Assembly: GCA_030770535.1 (NCBI GenBank) | Contig: JASVEC010000023.1 | Location: 248,001 to 312,000 of the forward strand | DNA from: Batkoa obscura | Lineage: Eukaryota | Reading direction: 5' to 3' | DNA length: 64,000 nucleotides | In this document: in pieces, positions 1-13,603 of the stretch | How the letters are laid out: each line of letters begins with the position of its first letter | Numbering within the stretch: position 1 is the stretch's first letter | Program-made: the position numbers and the translations under genes | Notes under the pieces: model-generated | What the model was told of the DNA's origin: nothing | Seen by the model: the letters and a program-made list of their open reading frames with translations, nothing else | Database searches by the model: none

Positions 1-100
1 CTCATATTGTTATCATTAGTATGAGAATTTTTAGCAGTCTGTCCTTTAAAACTACTTTTTGACTTTCTAATGCTTTATCTATTATTTAATATTATCATAT

Positions 101-204
101 GGGGATATATTTTTCGTTTAAGAATTTACTAAGAATTTTACTAAGAATTTTTCTACTCAAATAGCGCTTAAAAAATGGAAGTAATGAAACTAAAAAACAT
201 CCCC
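101..204 (+). mobile_element. ~100-bp MITE copy (Sola-like family)
   Basis: GGGGATAT...ACATCCCC TIRs, ATAT TSD on both sides; internal sequence shared with 15 other copies. Confidence 0.85.
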
Positions 205-932
205 ATATCTTATTAATAAAGTTAACAAAATACGGATATTCTAATTCAATTGTTCAATTTATTAGCTAATTTGATTAAAAATTATTAAAACTGTTTTGAA
301 AATTAATCAACACATGAACAGAAAAAACAAAACTTAAACTTAAAATATTGTTTTTTAAATACTACAAGATAGATAATATCTTATATCAAATTTATAATGC
401 ATAATTTTACATAGGTGTATTTTTTTTTAAATATAAACTGTTTTTTTAATCTTTTTTACATAGGTATTTGATAAAAGCACTCTACTTTAACTTATCCTAC
501 TTCAAATTAAAAATTAAAAATAGTGCAATTATTGAAAATAATTGCACTATTTTTAATTTTTATAGAAACCACGTAATCTTGTTTAGGCAACAATTAATAT
601 TAACATTATTGAAGAATTTATCTGGACATCAGGCTTTTTGCCTTCAAATAAAGAAGGCAGATAACCGTTAACCAAATACTTCACTTCTTTTTAGTGATTT
701 TGTTAATAAACCAGTTGAGGATTGTCTTTTCAAGCATTTTAGGAGAATTTGCAATACTTTTAAAAAAGTACTAAAACTCTCAAAATAGTGTATGCTTCAT
801 TTTTTATAGTTACTCTAAAATGAGATCAGATTTAACACTAGGTCACTATTATAAACAAAATTACTATTTGTAAATTGAAAAATCTATCTAGAAAACAATG
901 TCAGGACCTTCACAAAAAGGAAATATAGATCA

Positions 933-1014
933 CGACACCCACAGGATTCGAACCTGCGCTCCCAAAGGGAAAAGCCTTAGCAGGGCTCCGCGTTAACCAC
1001 TCCGCCAAGGTGCC
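933..1014 (-). tRNA. tRNA-Ser(GCT)
   Basis: Cloverleaf with GAGCC-CT-GCT-AA-GGCTT anticodon arm, long variable arm, GGTTCGAATCC T-loop; identical to 3333-3414. Confidence 0.95.
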
Positions 1015-1188
1015 TTACGTATATATTTGAGATTTTGAAATATAATTGTACTAAGAGCACTAATTGGCTTTAAAAACTTGGAAATTTTCAACCAATAAAA
1101 CGTTGCTAAATTGAAGTAGGTCGAAAATTTGAAGTACCAAAATAGGCATCCAAAAACAAAATCATTTTTAAGTAAAATAAAAATAAGA

Positions 1189-3146
1189 ATGGAGGGACAA
1201 GCCGTTTATGCTACCGATGAATATGGGAGACCTTTTATCATTGTTCGTGAACAACAAAAAAAGAATCGTTTGAATGGGATTGAAGCTCAAAAGGTAATAT
1301 ACTTATTTTTATACTATTTAATGAATTTTCAAAGCAATGCTGTATAATTGATACTAAAATCCGATTTTAACACGTCTATTTCTTTAGTCTCATATTTTAG
1401 CTGCTAAAACAGTAGCTAGTATGATCAAAACTAGTTTAGGTCCTAGAGGTACTAATCTTATAAGCTTTTTTATTCTATATTAAAATATTTGAATAGGTTT
1501 AGATAAAATCATGATATCCCCCGATGGTGATATTACAATTACAAATGATGGAGCTACCATTTTAGGACAAATGCAAGTTGAGCACCAAATTGCCAAGTTA
1601 TTAGTACAATTGTCTAAATCTCAAGATGATGAAATTGGTGATGGTACTACTGGTGTTGTTGGTAAATTTATATTACATTGATTTAAATTTATTTTTAAAA
1701 TATCTTTGATTTATAGTCTTAGCAGGAGCTTTATTAGAGCAAACTGAAGAGCTTTTAAATAAAGGAATTCATCCTATCCGTATTGCTGACGGTTTCGAAA
1801 GAGCTTGTAAGATAGCTATTGAGCATTTAGACCAAGTTTCAGATGAGATTAAATTTGACAAACAAGATACTAGTAACTTGTTTAAAACCGCAAAAACTTC
1901 TCTTGGTTCAAAAATGTACACATTACTTTTTATTTAAAATGTTTTACTAACCTTAATTTAGTGTATCTAAATGTCATGATCAATTCGCTCAAATGGCTGT
2001 TGATGCTGTATTATCTGTCGCTGATTTGGATCGTAAGGATGTAGATTTTGAGCTTATTAAAATGGAAGGCAAAGTTGGAGGTTCTTTAGCAGATTCATTA
2101 ATAGTAAACGGTGTGATAGTAGACAAAGATTTCAGTCATCCAGGTATGCCAAAAGAAATCGACGATGCCAAAATCGCTGTATTAACTTGCGCCTTTGAGC
2201 CCCCACGTCCAAAGACTAAACATAAGTTAGATATTGAATCAGTGGAAGAATATCATAACTTACAAAAATATGAAAAAGAAAAGTTTTTACAAATGATCCA
2301 ACAAGTCAAAGATTCCGGAGCTAGTTTAGTTATTTGCCAATGGGGTTTTGATGATGAAGCTAATCATTTATTATTACAAAACAATTTACCTGCTGTCCGT
2401 TGGGTTGGTGGTCCAGAAATCGAACTTATTGCCATTGCTACCAATGGTCGTATTGTTCCTCGATTTGAAGACCTTAGCCCAGAAAAGTTGGGTTATGCTG
2501 GAAAAGTTCGTGAACTCTCTTTTGGTACTACTAAAGAAAGAATGCTTATCATTGAAGAATGTGCCAACTCTAGAGCAGTAACCATCTTTGTTCGTGGTGG
2601 AAACAAGATGATTGTAGATGAAGCTAAACGTTCCCTTCATGATGCCATTTGTGTAGTACGTAACTTAGTTAAAGATAACCGTGTTGTATATGGTGGTGGT
2701 GCAGCCGAAATTGCTTGCTCACTTAAAGTATCTAAAGAAGCTGATCAGGTATTTTATTTTTTAAACAAAGGGAGAATTAAGTTTATCATTTTAATAGATC
2801 CCTACCGTTGAGCAATATGCTATGCGTGCCTTTGCTAGTGCTTTAGATCAAGTACCAATAACCTTAGCAGAAAACTCAGGATTGTCACCTATCGAGACTT
2901 TAGCTGAGATTAAATCTCAACAAGTGAAGCTCAATAATCCATTCTTAGGAGTTGATTGTTTGAACAAAGGTTCTATAGGTATATATTTTATTGTATTAGC
3001 GTTTCTGTACTTATGATTTTTTAGATATGAAAGAACAATTTGTATTTGATCCTTTAATCTCCAAACGTCAACAATTTTTATTAGCTACACAATTAGTTAA
3101 AATGATTTTAAAGATTGATGATGTTATCATTCACTCTAAAGAATAG
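1189..3146 (+). CDS. CCT5: T-complex protein 1 subunit epsilon (about 6 GT-AG introns)
   Basis: [59 protein letters not shown] and a C-terminal [10 protein letters not shown] reconstructed across introns. Confidence 0.95.
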
Positions 3147-3332
3147 ATTTAAAATAAACATTTTTAATAAAAGAAAATGATCAAATTCCTATTTGTTTTT
3201 AATTGAAATTTAATTTATTGAAATAAATTTATAAGCTGTTAAAAGTAAATATAAACTATTATTGATATAAATAAAATTAAAATTAATGCAGTTTGAGCCA
3301 ATATAAATATACCAGTAGATTTCTAAATTCAT

Positions 3333-3414
3333 GGCACCTTGGCGGAGTGGTTAACGCGGAGCCCTGCTAAGGCTTTTCCCTTTGGGAGCGCAGGTTCGAA
3401 TCCTGTGGGTGTCG
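3333..3414 (+). tRNA. tRNA-Ser(GCT)
   Basis: Exact inverted copy of 933-1014. Confidence 0.95.
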
Positions 3415-3601
3415 TAAAATATTTTTTCAGTTCATGTTCTAATTACCTATCTTTTTAACAGATTATAAAGTATAGTATTTAAAAATTATTTAAGAAAAAA
3501 CTTATAAAAATTAAACTTTATACTTTACTTATATGAACAAAAAATAAAGATAATAAAAAAATGAAATACTCCAGTAATAGATTAAATAGTAAAATTAAAA
3601 A

Positions 3602-4309
3602 TTAAAAAGACTCTCCCATACATTCTGCAACAGTAGTTAATCTATACCCTTTTTCTCGAACAACTTTAATAAGCTGCGAAACTACAGCAATAGTGTTAGG
3701 TTGAATATCATGTTGAAGCGAAATGTAAGCCCCAGAAGTGGATTCACTTTGGATTCCATCTCTATACGAGCCAATAATTTCTCTAGGTGATTTTCCAGTC
3801 CAATCCAGAGTATCCAAATTCCAATCAATTACTCGATATCCTTGGTCAAATAATTTGCCCAAGACTCTATCATCACACTCTCCATAAGGACAACGGAAAT
3901 AGTTTACTCTTTTACCAATTCGACGAAAGATAGCATCGCTTGTTTTACTTATTTCATTGCTCAACTGCTCATCAGTCAAAGTATTCAAATGTGGATGTGT
4001 ATAAGAATGTGATGCAACTTGATGGCCCTCTCTTGCAACTTCTTGTAAAATCGATCCATATTCTTCTTTATCAACCATTTCTCCTACTACAAAAAAGGTG
4101 GCTTTGGTGTCCATACGCCGTAAAATTTTTAACAATTGGCGAGTGTAGGCATAAGGCCCATCATCAAAGGTCATAGCAAAGGTTCCTGGTATTAAACATT
4201 CGTATGTTTTTACACCGGCAGCTATGGCCCGTCGGCTCAGCTGTTTTATCTCATCGCATGCCATGCCAGTAACTAATAAGCTAGTCATTAATAAGAAATT
4301 CCAATTCAT
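3602..4309 (-). CDS. Secreted polysaccharide/chitin deacetylase (CE4, NodB domain)
   Basis: Signal peptide MNWNFLLMTSLLVTGMA; motifs TFDDGP, HSYTHP, RCPYG, DTLDW, LQHD; single exon. Confidence 0.9.
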   Translation of the reverse strand: MNWNFLLMTSLLVTGMACDEIKQLSRRAIAAGVKTYECLIPGTFAMTFDDGPYAYTRQLLKILRRMDTKATFFVVGEMVDKEEYGSILQEVAREGHQVASHSYTHPHLNTLTDEQLSNEISKTSDAIFRRIGKRVNYFRCPYGECDDRVLGKLFDQGYRVIDWNLDTLDWTGKSPREIIGSYRDGIQSESTSGAYISLQHDIQPNTIAVVSQLIKVVREKGYRLTTVAECMGESF

Positions 4310-5242
4310 CTTTTTTAATGTATTATAATGAATAATAAAATTAAAGTTAAAAAATATATACAAGATAATAAGATAGATTTATGAGTATTTATATATTGAA
4401 ATTTGAATATTAAAATTTATTAATAATAATAGTAATATACCATGAAATCTAATACATTTGATAAGCATGATATTAATTTCAATTCTTTTGTAACGGTAAA
4501 TTAGTCCTTACGGTTATAGCCATCTTATATTTAACAAAAAACTTAATAAATTTCCGTTATTACTTTTTCCTCTTTTCTATTTTAGCTTTTTCACTACTTT
4601 ACTTCATTTTAAATACTGGTCGTTAGAGTTTATAAGTTAGCTACTAATTCATCTCATTTTTCAGTTTGGAATTTAATCCACTTATCTCATGTTTATTCTT
4701 CCTTAGAGTTTTACTGCATTTTTTTTTTAACAGCATTTTAAAAACTATTAGACTAATAGGTTTTAATAAAGACTTGTCTTGGCATTAGTTATCACTTGCT
4801 ATTTAAACATTAATTATAGAAATTAATATTCAGTAGTAACGAGTTTTTGTTTTAGTTTATTTAATGAAGTTTATCTTCTTTTATATATCTAAATATAAAA
4901 TTAAGTACTTTAAATTTGCTATACCTTTTATAATTTTACGTTAGGCTAGTAATTAGAATTTAATTAAAAGGTGTAATTAAGTCAGTTAAAAAGACTAATT
5001 GTAGTATGATTTTTTTCGTTAATTAAATTGTTCAATTTAATTACTATTTATATTTATAATAAAACTATAATTTCTTAACAAAATTTTATTCATAATATGC
5101 TCATTTTTACATAAAAGTGGAATAGTAATTGAAACAGATAGATAGTAGGATAAATAAAACAACTACAAGGAAAATGGAAATATTGAAGCAAAACAAACAG
5201 TTCGTCTCTTTTTTGAATTGGTATACCAATACTTGTATAATG

Positions 5243-5476
5243 TTATATATCCATCTTATTTATAGTAGCGCCCTTTCTACTTTTAACTAACTTGGCTATT
5301 CTTTTATAAAATTGAGTTTTCTTTTTATACGGTATTAACTCAACCAATTCATTTAATCCTAACTCTAGCTTTGCTTTGATATCGATCTTAGGCTCATCGG
5401 TGATAGGGTGTAGTAAGTAACTTTGATAACTTCGAAATTCCACTTGCTCGTGAAAAGAAACTCTCTTTTCACTCAT
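5243..5476 (-). CDS. 77-aa protein with N-terminal RVxF (PP1-docking-like) motif
   Basis: KRVSFHEQVEFRSY; coding-like composition; resembles the ORF at 11504. Confidence 0.5.
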   Translation of the reverse strand: MSEKRVSFHEQVEFRSYQSYLLHPITDEPKIDIKAKLELGLNELVELIPYKKKTQFYKRIAKLVKSRKGATINKMDI

Positions 5477-6741
5477 AATTATAAAAATAAATTTATTAAA
5501 ATTGTTGCTACATATTCTATCATTCCCATTATATATTTTTAGTTGCTAGCTTTACATAGAACTTTCTATAGTTTCCTATTCTTTGGGGTTTTGATTAATC
5601 TTTCATTTCCATTTTAAGACCTGCCTATTCCAATGATAGTACCTATTGTGCCCTTATAAGCTTTAATGATTAGTTGTTTTTGGGACTCTGTGGTTCGCAT
5701 TACATATTTGTTATTGATTTAATTAAAATTTCCAATCTGAACTTGGTTTCTTTTTTGGGACTTGATTTGATTCCTTGGATAGCCAATCGTCTCCACTGTT
5801 TAACAATTAAGAATTCTTAGTTATTTAATTTATCAATTGGTGCGTCACATACTTAGTGTGTTTAGTACACCTCTTTTTGTTATTCTTAGTCACTTATTCT
5901 TCTATATAAAAGTACTTAATGTTTTATCAATTTACTGATGTCAAAGCAATAAACAAAACTATGAAACCTCCCTTATCTATAGATTGTTGTTTTCTATAAA
6001 GTTAAATATATGTTATTAAACACTTCTTTGTTGTGTTCAATCTAGATTATTTGAATATTTGAAGTAATTGGCAATGATGCTATAGTCAACATCAACCGTA
6101 GAGTAAAAGAACTAATCCTAATAAGTTGAAAATTTGGATATAATGAAGACTCAAGAGTATAAATTTAATAAGAGATAGTTAGTTAGGATCAAAAACCAAC
6201 TATAGACTTACATTACCCATATACTTAAACTCTACTTTATGCTTGGATATGTTAGTAGCCATATTTGAATTAAAGATAAGAAGCTTTGTGTATAAAATAC
6301 AAATAATTAAATAAAACTTAGTTATATTATATTCTAATTACTTTGACAGAAATTATAAAAATATTTAAATAAATTAATTTATTGAAACATTCTAACTTAT
6401 ATAGGCAGCATTAACATAAAGTAATAAAAGAGATATAGATATGTATAACAGAGAATAAAATAAAGTATAAGATATAATAAATAAGAATAGTAGACAAATC
6501 CCCAGTTTTAAAATGTTTAGCTAAGTTCAATATTAGACCATCGTTAAAGTTCAAAAAGGAGTCTCATGAGCCATTAACTAACTTTCAGTAATATGCTACT
6601 TTTTACCTTTAGATTTTTAAGCTACAAATTAACAGTCGTTTCACCCCTTAAGAGTTTATTGAATATACTATAGTACCCTCTGGATCATTTCCATCATTGA
6701 AACTGCTAAGTTCGTAGTATTTTATCAATCCAAAAGTATAT

Positions 6742-6837
6742 GGGGGTATTTTTTTGGCCTTATCACTTTTTCCATCTTTTAAGCACTATTTAAGTGGAAA
6801 AATTGCTAGTAAAGTTCTTAAACACAAATACATCCCC
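6742..6837 (-). mobile_element. MITE copy
   Basis: GGGGG...ATCCCC, ATAT TSD. Confidence 0.85.
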
Positions 6838-7696
6838 ATATACTTTTTCAAAGCTTGCTATTGGACTCTCTTTGCTGTTTGTTAATATCAAAGTTTTATT
6901 ACTCCCATAAGGATGAAATTGGCAACTAAAGTCGTATTTTGATCAATTGAGGATTTAATTGATTATACCTCAGTTTTATATTTAGCTGTCTAGTATGATC
7001 TAGCTTCTCTAATCATTTTGTTAAATTATTAGTGTATATGTTATCAAGGGCAGTTAAATTATCTGTATTTTATTTTTACTACTATGAGATTATGAGTTAT
7101 GTATGTCCTTTCTTAAAATACAACTATATCTTAATGATATTCAAGCATTAGTAGATTGAATAATTAAATTTTGAGCAACTGTTGTCCATTTACCTAAGAT
7201 TATAGACAATTGATCTTATATATCAAATAGAACTTATAGCTGATTACTTTATTCTTCAATACTAGAAACTTTGATTTTATCTGCAAGGTGACAACACTCA
7301 ATATTTTATAAAATCTTTAATTAAAGCGCTCCTAATGAATCCTAAGTAGCTTTACACCTGACAAGTTCAAAGTTACTGGTGATCCAAAATATACATGGGG
7401 ATTACCAATCAATATTAAATCATATAGGATTAATAATTGATATAAAATAAAACTGTTTAACCGAATATAAAGGTATAGTAAATTCCATTTAGAAGTTATT
7501 TAACCTATATTTTTATTTAAAATAACCTCATAGAACATTATTTTCTAAATAATTCTTTGAAAGTTTAGTGGAATATCTAATTCAAATAGTAGCAACAAAA
7601 ATAATTAGTAATAATCGATTATAAACCTTAAGCGAATGACAAGTATAAAAAATATAAGCTTCATATATATAGTTTATAACAAAAACAAATCAAAAA

Positions 7697-8743
7697 ATAA
7701 TTGGTGATGTAAAAGTACTTCATAAGGCACATCCATCCAGTTTACCAGTTGTAATCAAACATTTTCAAATGATTAAAGAAAATGTTGATTTTGGTCCCAT
7801 GCATTTACTACGAGATCAATTATTAGTACGTAACTTATATGCTTCTGTGGATCCTTATATGCGTGGTAGAATGCGTCCAAGTGAAGTTGAAAGTTATTTT
7901 CAAGGTTTTCAACTTAACAAGCCATTAAACGGTGGTATTGTATCTGAGGTAATAACCTCAAAATCTGATAAGTTCAAAAAAGGTGATATTGTAGTTGCTT
8001 TCGGAGACTGGTCAGAATATGCTATTGTTTCAGCAGCTAGAACTAATTTGATCCCCAATGGTCGTGAATCAAAGGTACCACTTACTTATTATTTAGGTAT
8101 CACTGGTATGCCAGGTGCTACTGCTTATGTTGGTTTACATACTATTTGTGAACCTATTAAACAAGGTGAAACTATTTTTATCTCAGCTGCTTCTGGAGCT
8201 GTAGGTCAAGTGGTTGGACAATATTGTAAACAATTAGGATTAAGAGTAGTTGGATCAGCAGGTAGTGACGATAAAGTCGAATATTTATTAAAAGAGTTAA
8301 ACTTTGATGCTGCTTTCAATTACAAGAAATATGATGATTTAGTCCCAGTACTCAAAGAACATTGTCCAAATGGTATTGATATTTATTTTGAAAATGTAGG
8401 AGGAAAAACTCTTGAGGCAGTATTAGAAGTAGCTAATGATAAATGTCGTATTCCAGCCTGTGGTATGATCTCTCAATATAATAAAGGAAAAGAAAGTGAT
8501 GGTATTCATAACTTGACCCAAATTATTGGCAAAAGAATACGTATCGAAGGATTCATTGTCAATGATAGATTAGATCTCTTCCCTAAAGCTTTTGAAACAT
8601 TTGGTAAATATTTAGCTGAAGGTAAAATGAAATATAAAGAGCATCTTACTGAAGGAGTTGAAAATCTTCCAACTGCTTTTATCGATATGCTTGAAGGTAG
8701 AAATTTCGGTAAAGCTTCAGTTAAAATTTCCAACTGTAACTAG
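7697..8743 (+). CDS. NADP-dependent oxidoreductase (PTGR1/LTB4DH-like MDR); homologous start codon is ATA (7697), first ATG at 7769; possibly truncated or pseudogenised
   Basis: SVDPYMRGRM, GMPGATAYVGL, SAASGAVGQVVGQ, GIDIYFENVGG; 7813-8728 identical to the inverted paralog. Confidence 0.8.
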   Translation: MIGDVKVLHKAHPSSLPVVIKHFQMIKENVDFGPMHLLRDQLLVRNLYASVDPYMRGRMRPSEVESYFQGFQLNKPLNGGIVSEVITSKSDKFKKGDIVVAFGDWSEYAIVSAARTNLIPNGRESKVPLTYYLGITGMPGATAYVGLHTICEPIKQGETIFISAASGAVGQVVGQYCKQLGLRVVGSAGSDDKVEYLLKELNFDAAFNYKKYDDLVPVLKEHCPNGIDIYFENVGGKTLEAVLEVANDKCRIPACGMISQYNKGKESDGIHNLTQIIGKRIRIEGFIVNDRLDLFPKAFETFGKYLAEGKMKYKEHLTEGVENLPTAFIDMLEGRNFGKASVKISNCN

Positions 8744-10936
8744 GAGGTATAATAAACCTTTAAAGTCAATATTTTAGGATTTTATTATTATTTGTGTGCC
8801 TATTTTATAGGTTACATCTTACTATATTTATTTAGATAAAAGAATAAAATAGTAGCAGCATTTTTGATAAAAGCATTTTTTTATGATGAACCTACAAAAA
8901 ATCTATGTAATTTACATGGTAGTTAAATTACTAGTACAATTGATTATAACTCAACTTTTCACTTAAAGGTATCTAATTTTGAAGGATATGTTAAGATGGT
9001 ACTGATAGAAGCTGTTCTTATTGTTATAGAAGGCAAATTATGCCTGTTTTTTAATTAATATTTCTTGTATCATTGAGGTTCATAAAGCATGATATTAAAA
9101 TAAAACTTCATATGAGGATGTAATGAATATAACTGATTTATAAAACTTGATAAGAAAAGTAATAGTATACATGAATATGAATTCTATGAAAATGTATTAA
9201 AAAGAGTAAAGTCCCAACGACGTAAATCTATCCTTATTGTTTTTAATATTTATTCTTATCATTCTAACAAAATACAATGTAAAAGAATTACATAAATAGA
9301 ATATAATTGTATAAACTAATCTTTTAAAATGAGCTATGGCATAAATCTAGTTTTAACTAGAATTAAAAATAGTAATAGACTGTTGCTAAATACGAATATA
9401 AAATCTCAATTTAAAAATTGCCAATTTTCTAACTGACTTATTAAATAAGTATTAATAAATAGTTATATATATATTATCGAAATTTTATTAAATTATCTTA
9501 AACTAATGTTCAGATGTTTTATTTAATGAAAACAAAATATAAGTATAGCCCTGGTCAAGTCAAAACAGACGTTTATCAAGTAATTACTTAAAAAACAAAA
9601 TGTTATCCGTTATTTCTTTAAATAAACCAATCTTCAGAATTCTTTAGGAATTCTTGCACCGTTTATTTTTCAAACATTTGACCAATTTATCAAAAGAAGT
9701 AAATGTATTTGGTATTTGAGAGTTGGAGAGAAAGCAATGATAATATAGTCTTTAGGTGTCTCTAATATATATTATAAATTTTTAGTGGTTGAGGTTATAG
9801 AAAGAAAGAGTTGTATAAGGTTTAAGATTAAATGTAAATTTTATGAAGGAGTGGTTTAAAATGAGTTATTTTTAACTACGGTAAGAATAAAGATCCGATA
9901 ATTTATAGTTATTAAACAATAAAAGGATCTATGAAGAGAATAATGATATGAAAACTCATAGTGGAGACTGGTAAGCACTAGGAGTGGATAGATATTATTT
10001 AGATTATTACAATTTCAAAGCAAATTCAATCCGGAAAATAATTGTGCCATGTTTTAAGTTAGCCCATATTTTATAATAAATTCATAAATTGTTATCATCA
10101 ATGCTATTATCAACATTATGAAAATGATTGAAGGAATAATATATAATAGAATTACAACTAGAACCTATCTTACAAAGTAAAATATTGCATTTAAATTTCC
10201 TTCAACCTTGATAAGCATAAACTCAAATAGAGAAAAAACTCGGCTTTTCTTAATGTTCACACAAAGTTTTTCGATTAAATTAATCATTTACCTAATAAAG
10301 ATTTTAACTATTCACTCCTCATGAAATAACTGATTAATTCAGTTAGCAAAGCCTACGACTACAGCTGTGAAAGGAGCCCCAATTTAATAGCTTTGGAATA
10401 GCGAGGTGGGGAACTATCACCTATTTAAATATAGTTTATCTATAAATAAACGCTTCTTAATATATAAATCAAATAATAACTTATTATATATAAAATACCT
10501 ATCAAGTATATTAATTAGATTATTAAAGTAGTACTTTAGTTAAAATAGGACAATCCAATACCAAAAGCAAAGGATTTCATGATCAATGTCAGACTTAAAA
10601 TTACTTTAGTTTAACCACATTAAAATAGATCGAGAGGCTTAAACTCAATAATAGTCCAAGAAAATTTGAAATAAATTAATATATTACTAAATAAAGGAAA
10701 GAATGAAAATAAAATTTTATAACTTTTAAATTTATAAATGATAATAACAATAAATAATCACTAAGTCTGACCATAAAATAATAATAATTATATTTTAATC
10801 TAACCTTATTAATATTTTCGTTGTTTGATACTAGTTTCAAGATGATTGATATTTAACCATTTTTATACATTTTCTCATTTAATTCAGAACTCAGAATTTA
10901 AGAAAAAAATAATACCGAAATCAAACTATTTTAATT

Positions 10937-10966
10937 CATTTATTTATTTATTTATTTATTTATTTA
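10937..10966. repeat. (ATTT)n microsatellite
   Basis: About 7 tandem ATTT units. Confidence 0.7.
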
Positions 10967-11503
10967 ATGAATTAGAGTTAAATAGTTTTAAAATAAAATA
11001 ATAATTATATAACTGTCATTAATTAAGTTAGTCAATGTTATTAATAAACTGAATAAACAAAGCCAAATAGTATTAATAATATATACATAAATAATAAATA
11101 CTAATAATAACTAACATTAACAATGTCCAATAAAAATAACCAGCCTAACTCACTAATGAAAAAGGCAACAAAATAATTTAAATTTTAAATCATTTTAAAC
11201 TATCTAACATCCAAATGACACAATTCAAAATCCACTTAAATAAATTATTTTTAAATCTCGCCAAGCAGGATACTTGTTTATAAATCAATAAAAAAAGTAG
11301 CTATAGAATAACTAGACTAAGATTGGTTGAGATCGACTACTAATGTCAATGGCATTTGAAATTATCAATAAAAAGGATTAAATTGATGATTTAATATTAC
11401 ACTGAATGTTAAGTGTTTTATGATCAAGTCGGGTAAGTGAGAAGAATATATAAATAGAATACAAATTATCATTTACAAGCAAAATAATTAAAAATAATTC
11501 ATT

Positions 11504-11803
11504 ATGTCAGTACAATTTGATAATAAAAGAAGGAGTAGTTTAACAAGTCAAAAAAGTACTAATAGTTTACATAAAAAAGTGAAATTTGAAGAAAAAATTC
11601 AAATTTTAAGTTATAAGAACAATAACAATCATACATGTTTGAAAAAAGAAAAGAGAAATTCAATTATCAGCGATTTAGAGCATCCTATTAAACAGATCCA
11701 AGTGATTCGTGAAACTAAACTTAAATCGAAACTGTTTAAGTTTCTTGCTATCTTCTCGACTCCTTTTCAAACTGAAGATAAGTCCTCCATTATTGTCCTT
11801 TAA
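11504..11803 (+). CDS. 99-aa protein with KVxF (PP1-docking-like) motif
   Basis: KKVKFEEKIQILSY, RRSS phospho-site-like motif, TATAAATA about 50 bp upstream. Confidence 0.5.
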   Translation: MSVQFDNKRRSSLTSQKSTNSLHKKVKFEEKIQILSYKNNNNHTCLKKEKRNSIISDLEHPIKQIQVIRETKLKSKLFKFLAIFSTPFQTEDKSSIIVL

Positions 11804-12313
11804 ATCATTTCTTATACTATTATTTATTCCTTCTTTTCTAATATTTTCAATTCTTTTTTTAACCGCATTCCTTTTTTCGAAAAATTTTAATAAGCCCTAA
11901 TTTTAAGTTGATCTCATTCTTATCTTTAAGCTAAAACCTGGCGTTTTTTAATAAAATAAACATTCTTTTGTTACTACTTTAAAACAATATCTAAATTCAT
12001 CATTGCCTATCTTATTTAAATTAAATTATTTCTTTTAAAACTTAAATTTAATTTCGTAATATTAATCTTTACCTTGTTAACTGGCATTTCAATTTATTTT
12101 TTTAAATTTAAAATTCAATTTAACTTCAAATTTGTTTTATCTATTAATAGCAAGAATTCATATTAAACTTTAAATTATTCCTTTTGGTTTTTATTTGAAA
12201 CTTAATTTCATTATTACTAGTCCACTGTTTCCATCTTAACAATAAATAGAAACAAAAAAATAAGACATTTCTATATTAATACTATTTTTAATATTAATAT
12301 ATTATTTTTATTT

Positions 12314-13603
12314 CTAATCTGATTTAACTCTTAAATGATTTTTAATTGGTTTAAATGTTCGATACCTCAATAATTCTTTAGCTATCATTAGTTTATACAT
12401 TTGAAATATATTTTCAAAATCCATCACTGTGATTTGAGTATCTCTAGGTTGGAACCAATATTCATTAAATCTTTGGAATAAGTAACCTAAATACAATAAT
12501 ATGTGTTAGAACAACACGTTAATAAGAAGGTAGTATGATGTATATTAATGATAAGTAAACTTACAATAAACTTCATGATAAGTATTAATATGAATTCCAA
12601 AGCCATAAAATTGAAATAATAATAAACGTGTTCTTAATAATTCCAAAGTAAAAGCAGTGATATGAATGCTAACTAAGGCAAATGAATACCTATTATCCAG
12701 AAAAATAAGCAACTTTTAATAAATGAGTTTTTAATTATTATTATCAAATTACCATGATACCATATGTTGAGAATCTGATAATATTTTTTGGGCTAAACTA
12801 GTATATTTTTCTGAAAAATATGTCAAGTCTTTAAGTGCCAAGATACCTAAATAAAATATTATTATTATTTTATTTGTTAGTATAATTATAATTAAATAAA
12901 GTACCCATTCCTCTAAAATCAGTAGCCGGATCATCACCTTGGAAGCCTATACTTTGCCATTGTTTTGATTTTCTATTACTTAACTCTTCTTCTGGTTTTA
13001 ATAATTTCCATAGCTATTTTAAATTTATATTAAATATATTATGTTATATTCTTGTTATCATTTACTTTAATCAACTCAAATTCATGTTTCTTATTTTCTT
13101 TATCATATTTAGTAGCTGCCATTTGATTGATCTTAATACTTAATCGACGACATTTCTGAATATTTGTAATACCAAATTTAAGTCTCTGTACTTTGATACT
13201 ATTTAAATAAATATAAATTAAAATTCTTCTTAAAATAATAATAATAAACTTACTCAAAGCTAGGGTCACTCCTATCAAACTCTTTCTTAGTAACAACATT
13301 CTCAATGATTCCTCCAACCTCACAATCTTCAATCTCCAATTTTTTATGTTCCATCAATAACTGTTTTGAATAATAAATGGAAATATCTAATAACATCAAA
13401 CTGATACTTGTTAATTTTTCTTGATTTTGGTCCATTTCATTTTCAAGTATAAGTTCAATACTACTCTTTCCAAATAATAATCGCTGTATTTTTTTATATA
13501 ATCGATAGATATATGTTAGATACACATTACGATAAATCTTACTTAAAATTATTAAATGCAACCAGTCAGGTAGAATCAAATATTCACGTAATTTTTCGAA
13601 CAT
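12314..13603 (-). CDS. ELMO/CED-12 domain protein (ELMOD-like), multi-exon
   Basis: Spliced exons give GFQGDDPATDFRGMG-ILALKDLTYF...SW-YSFALVSIHIT and a C-terminal FNEYW..TVMDFE. Confidence 0.85.
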
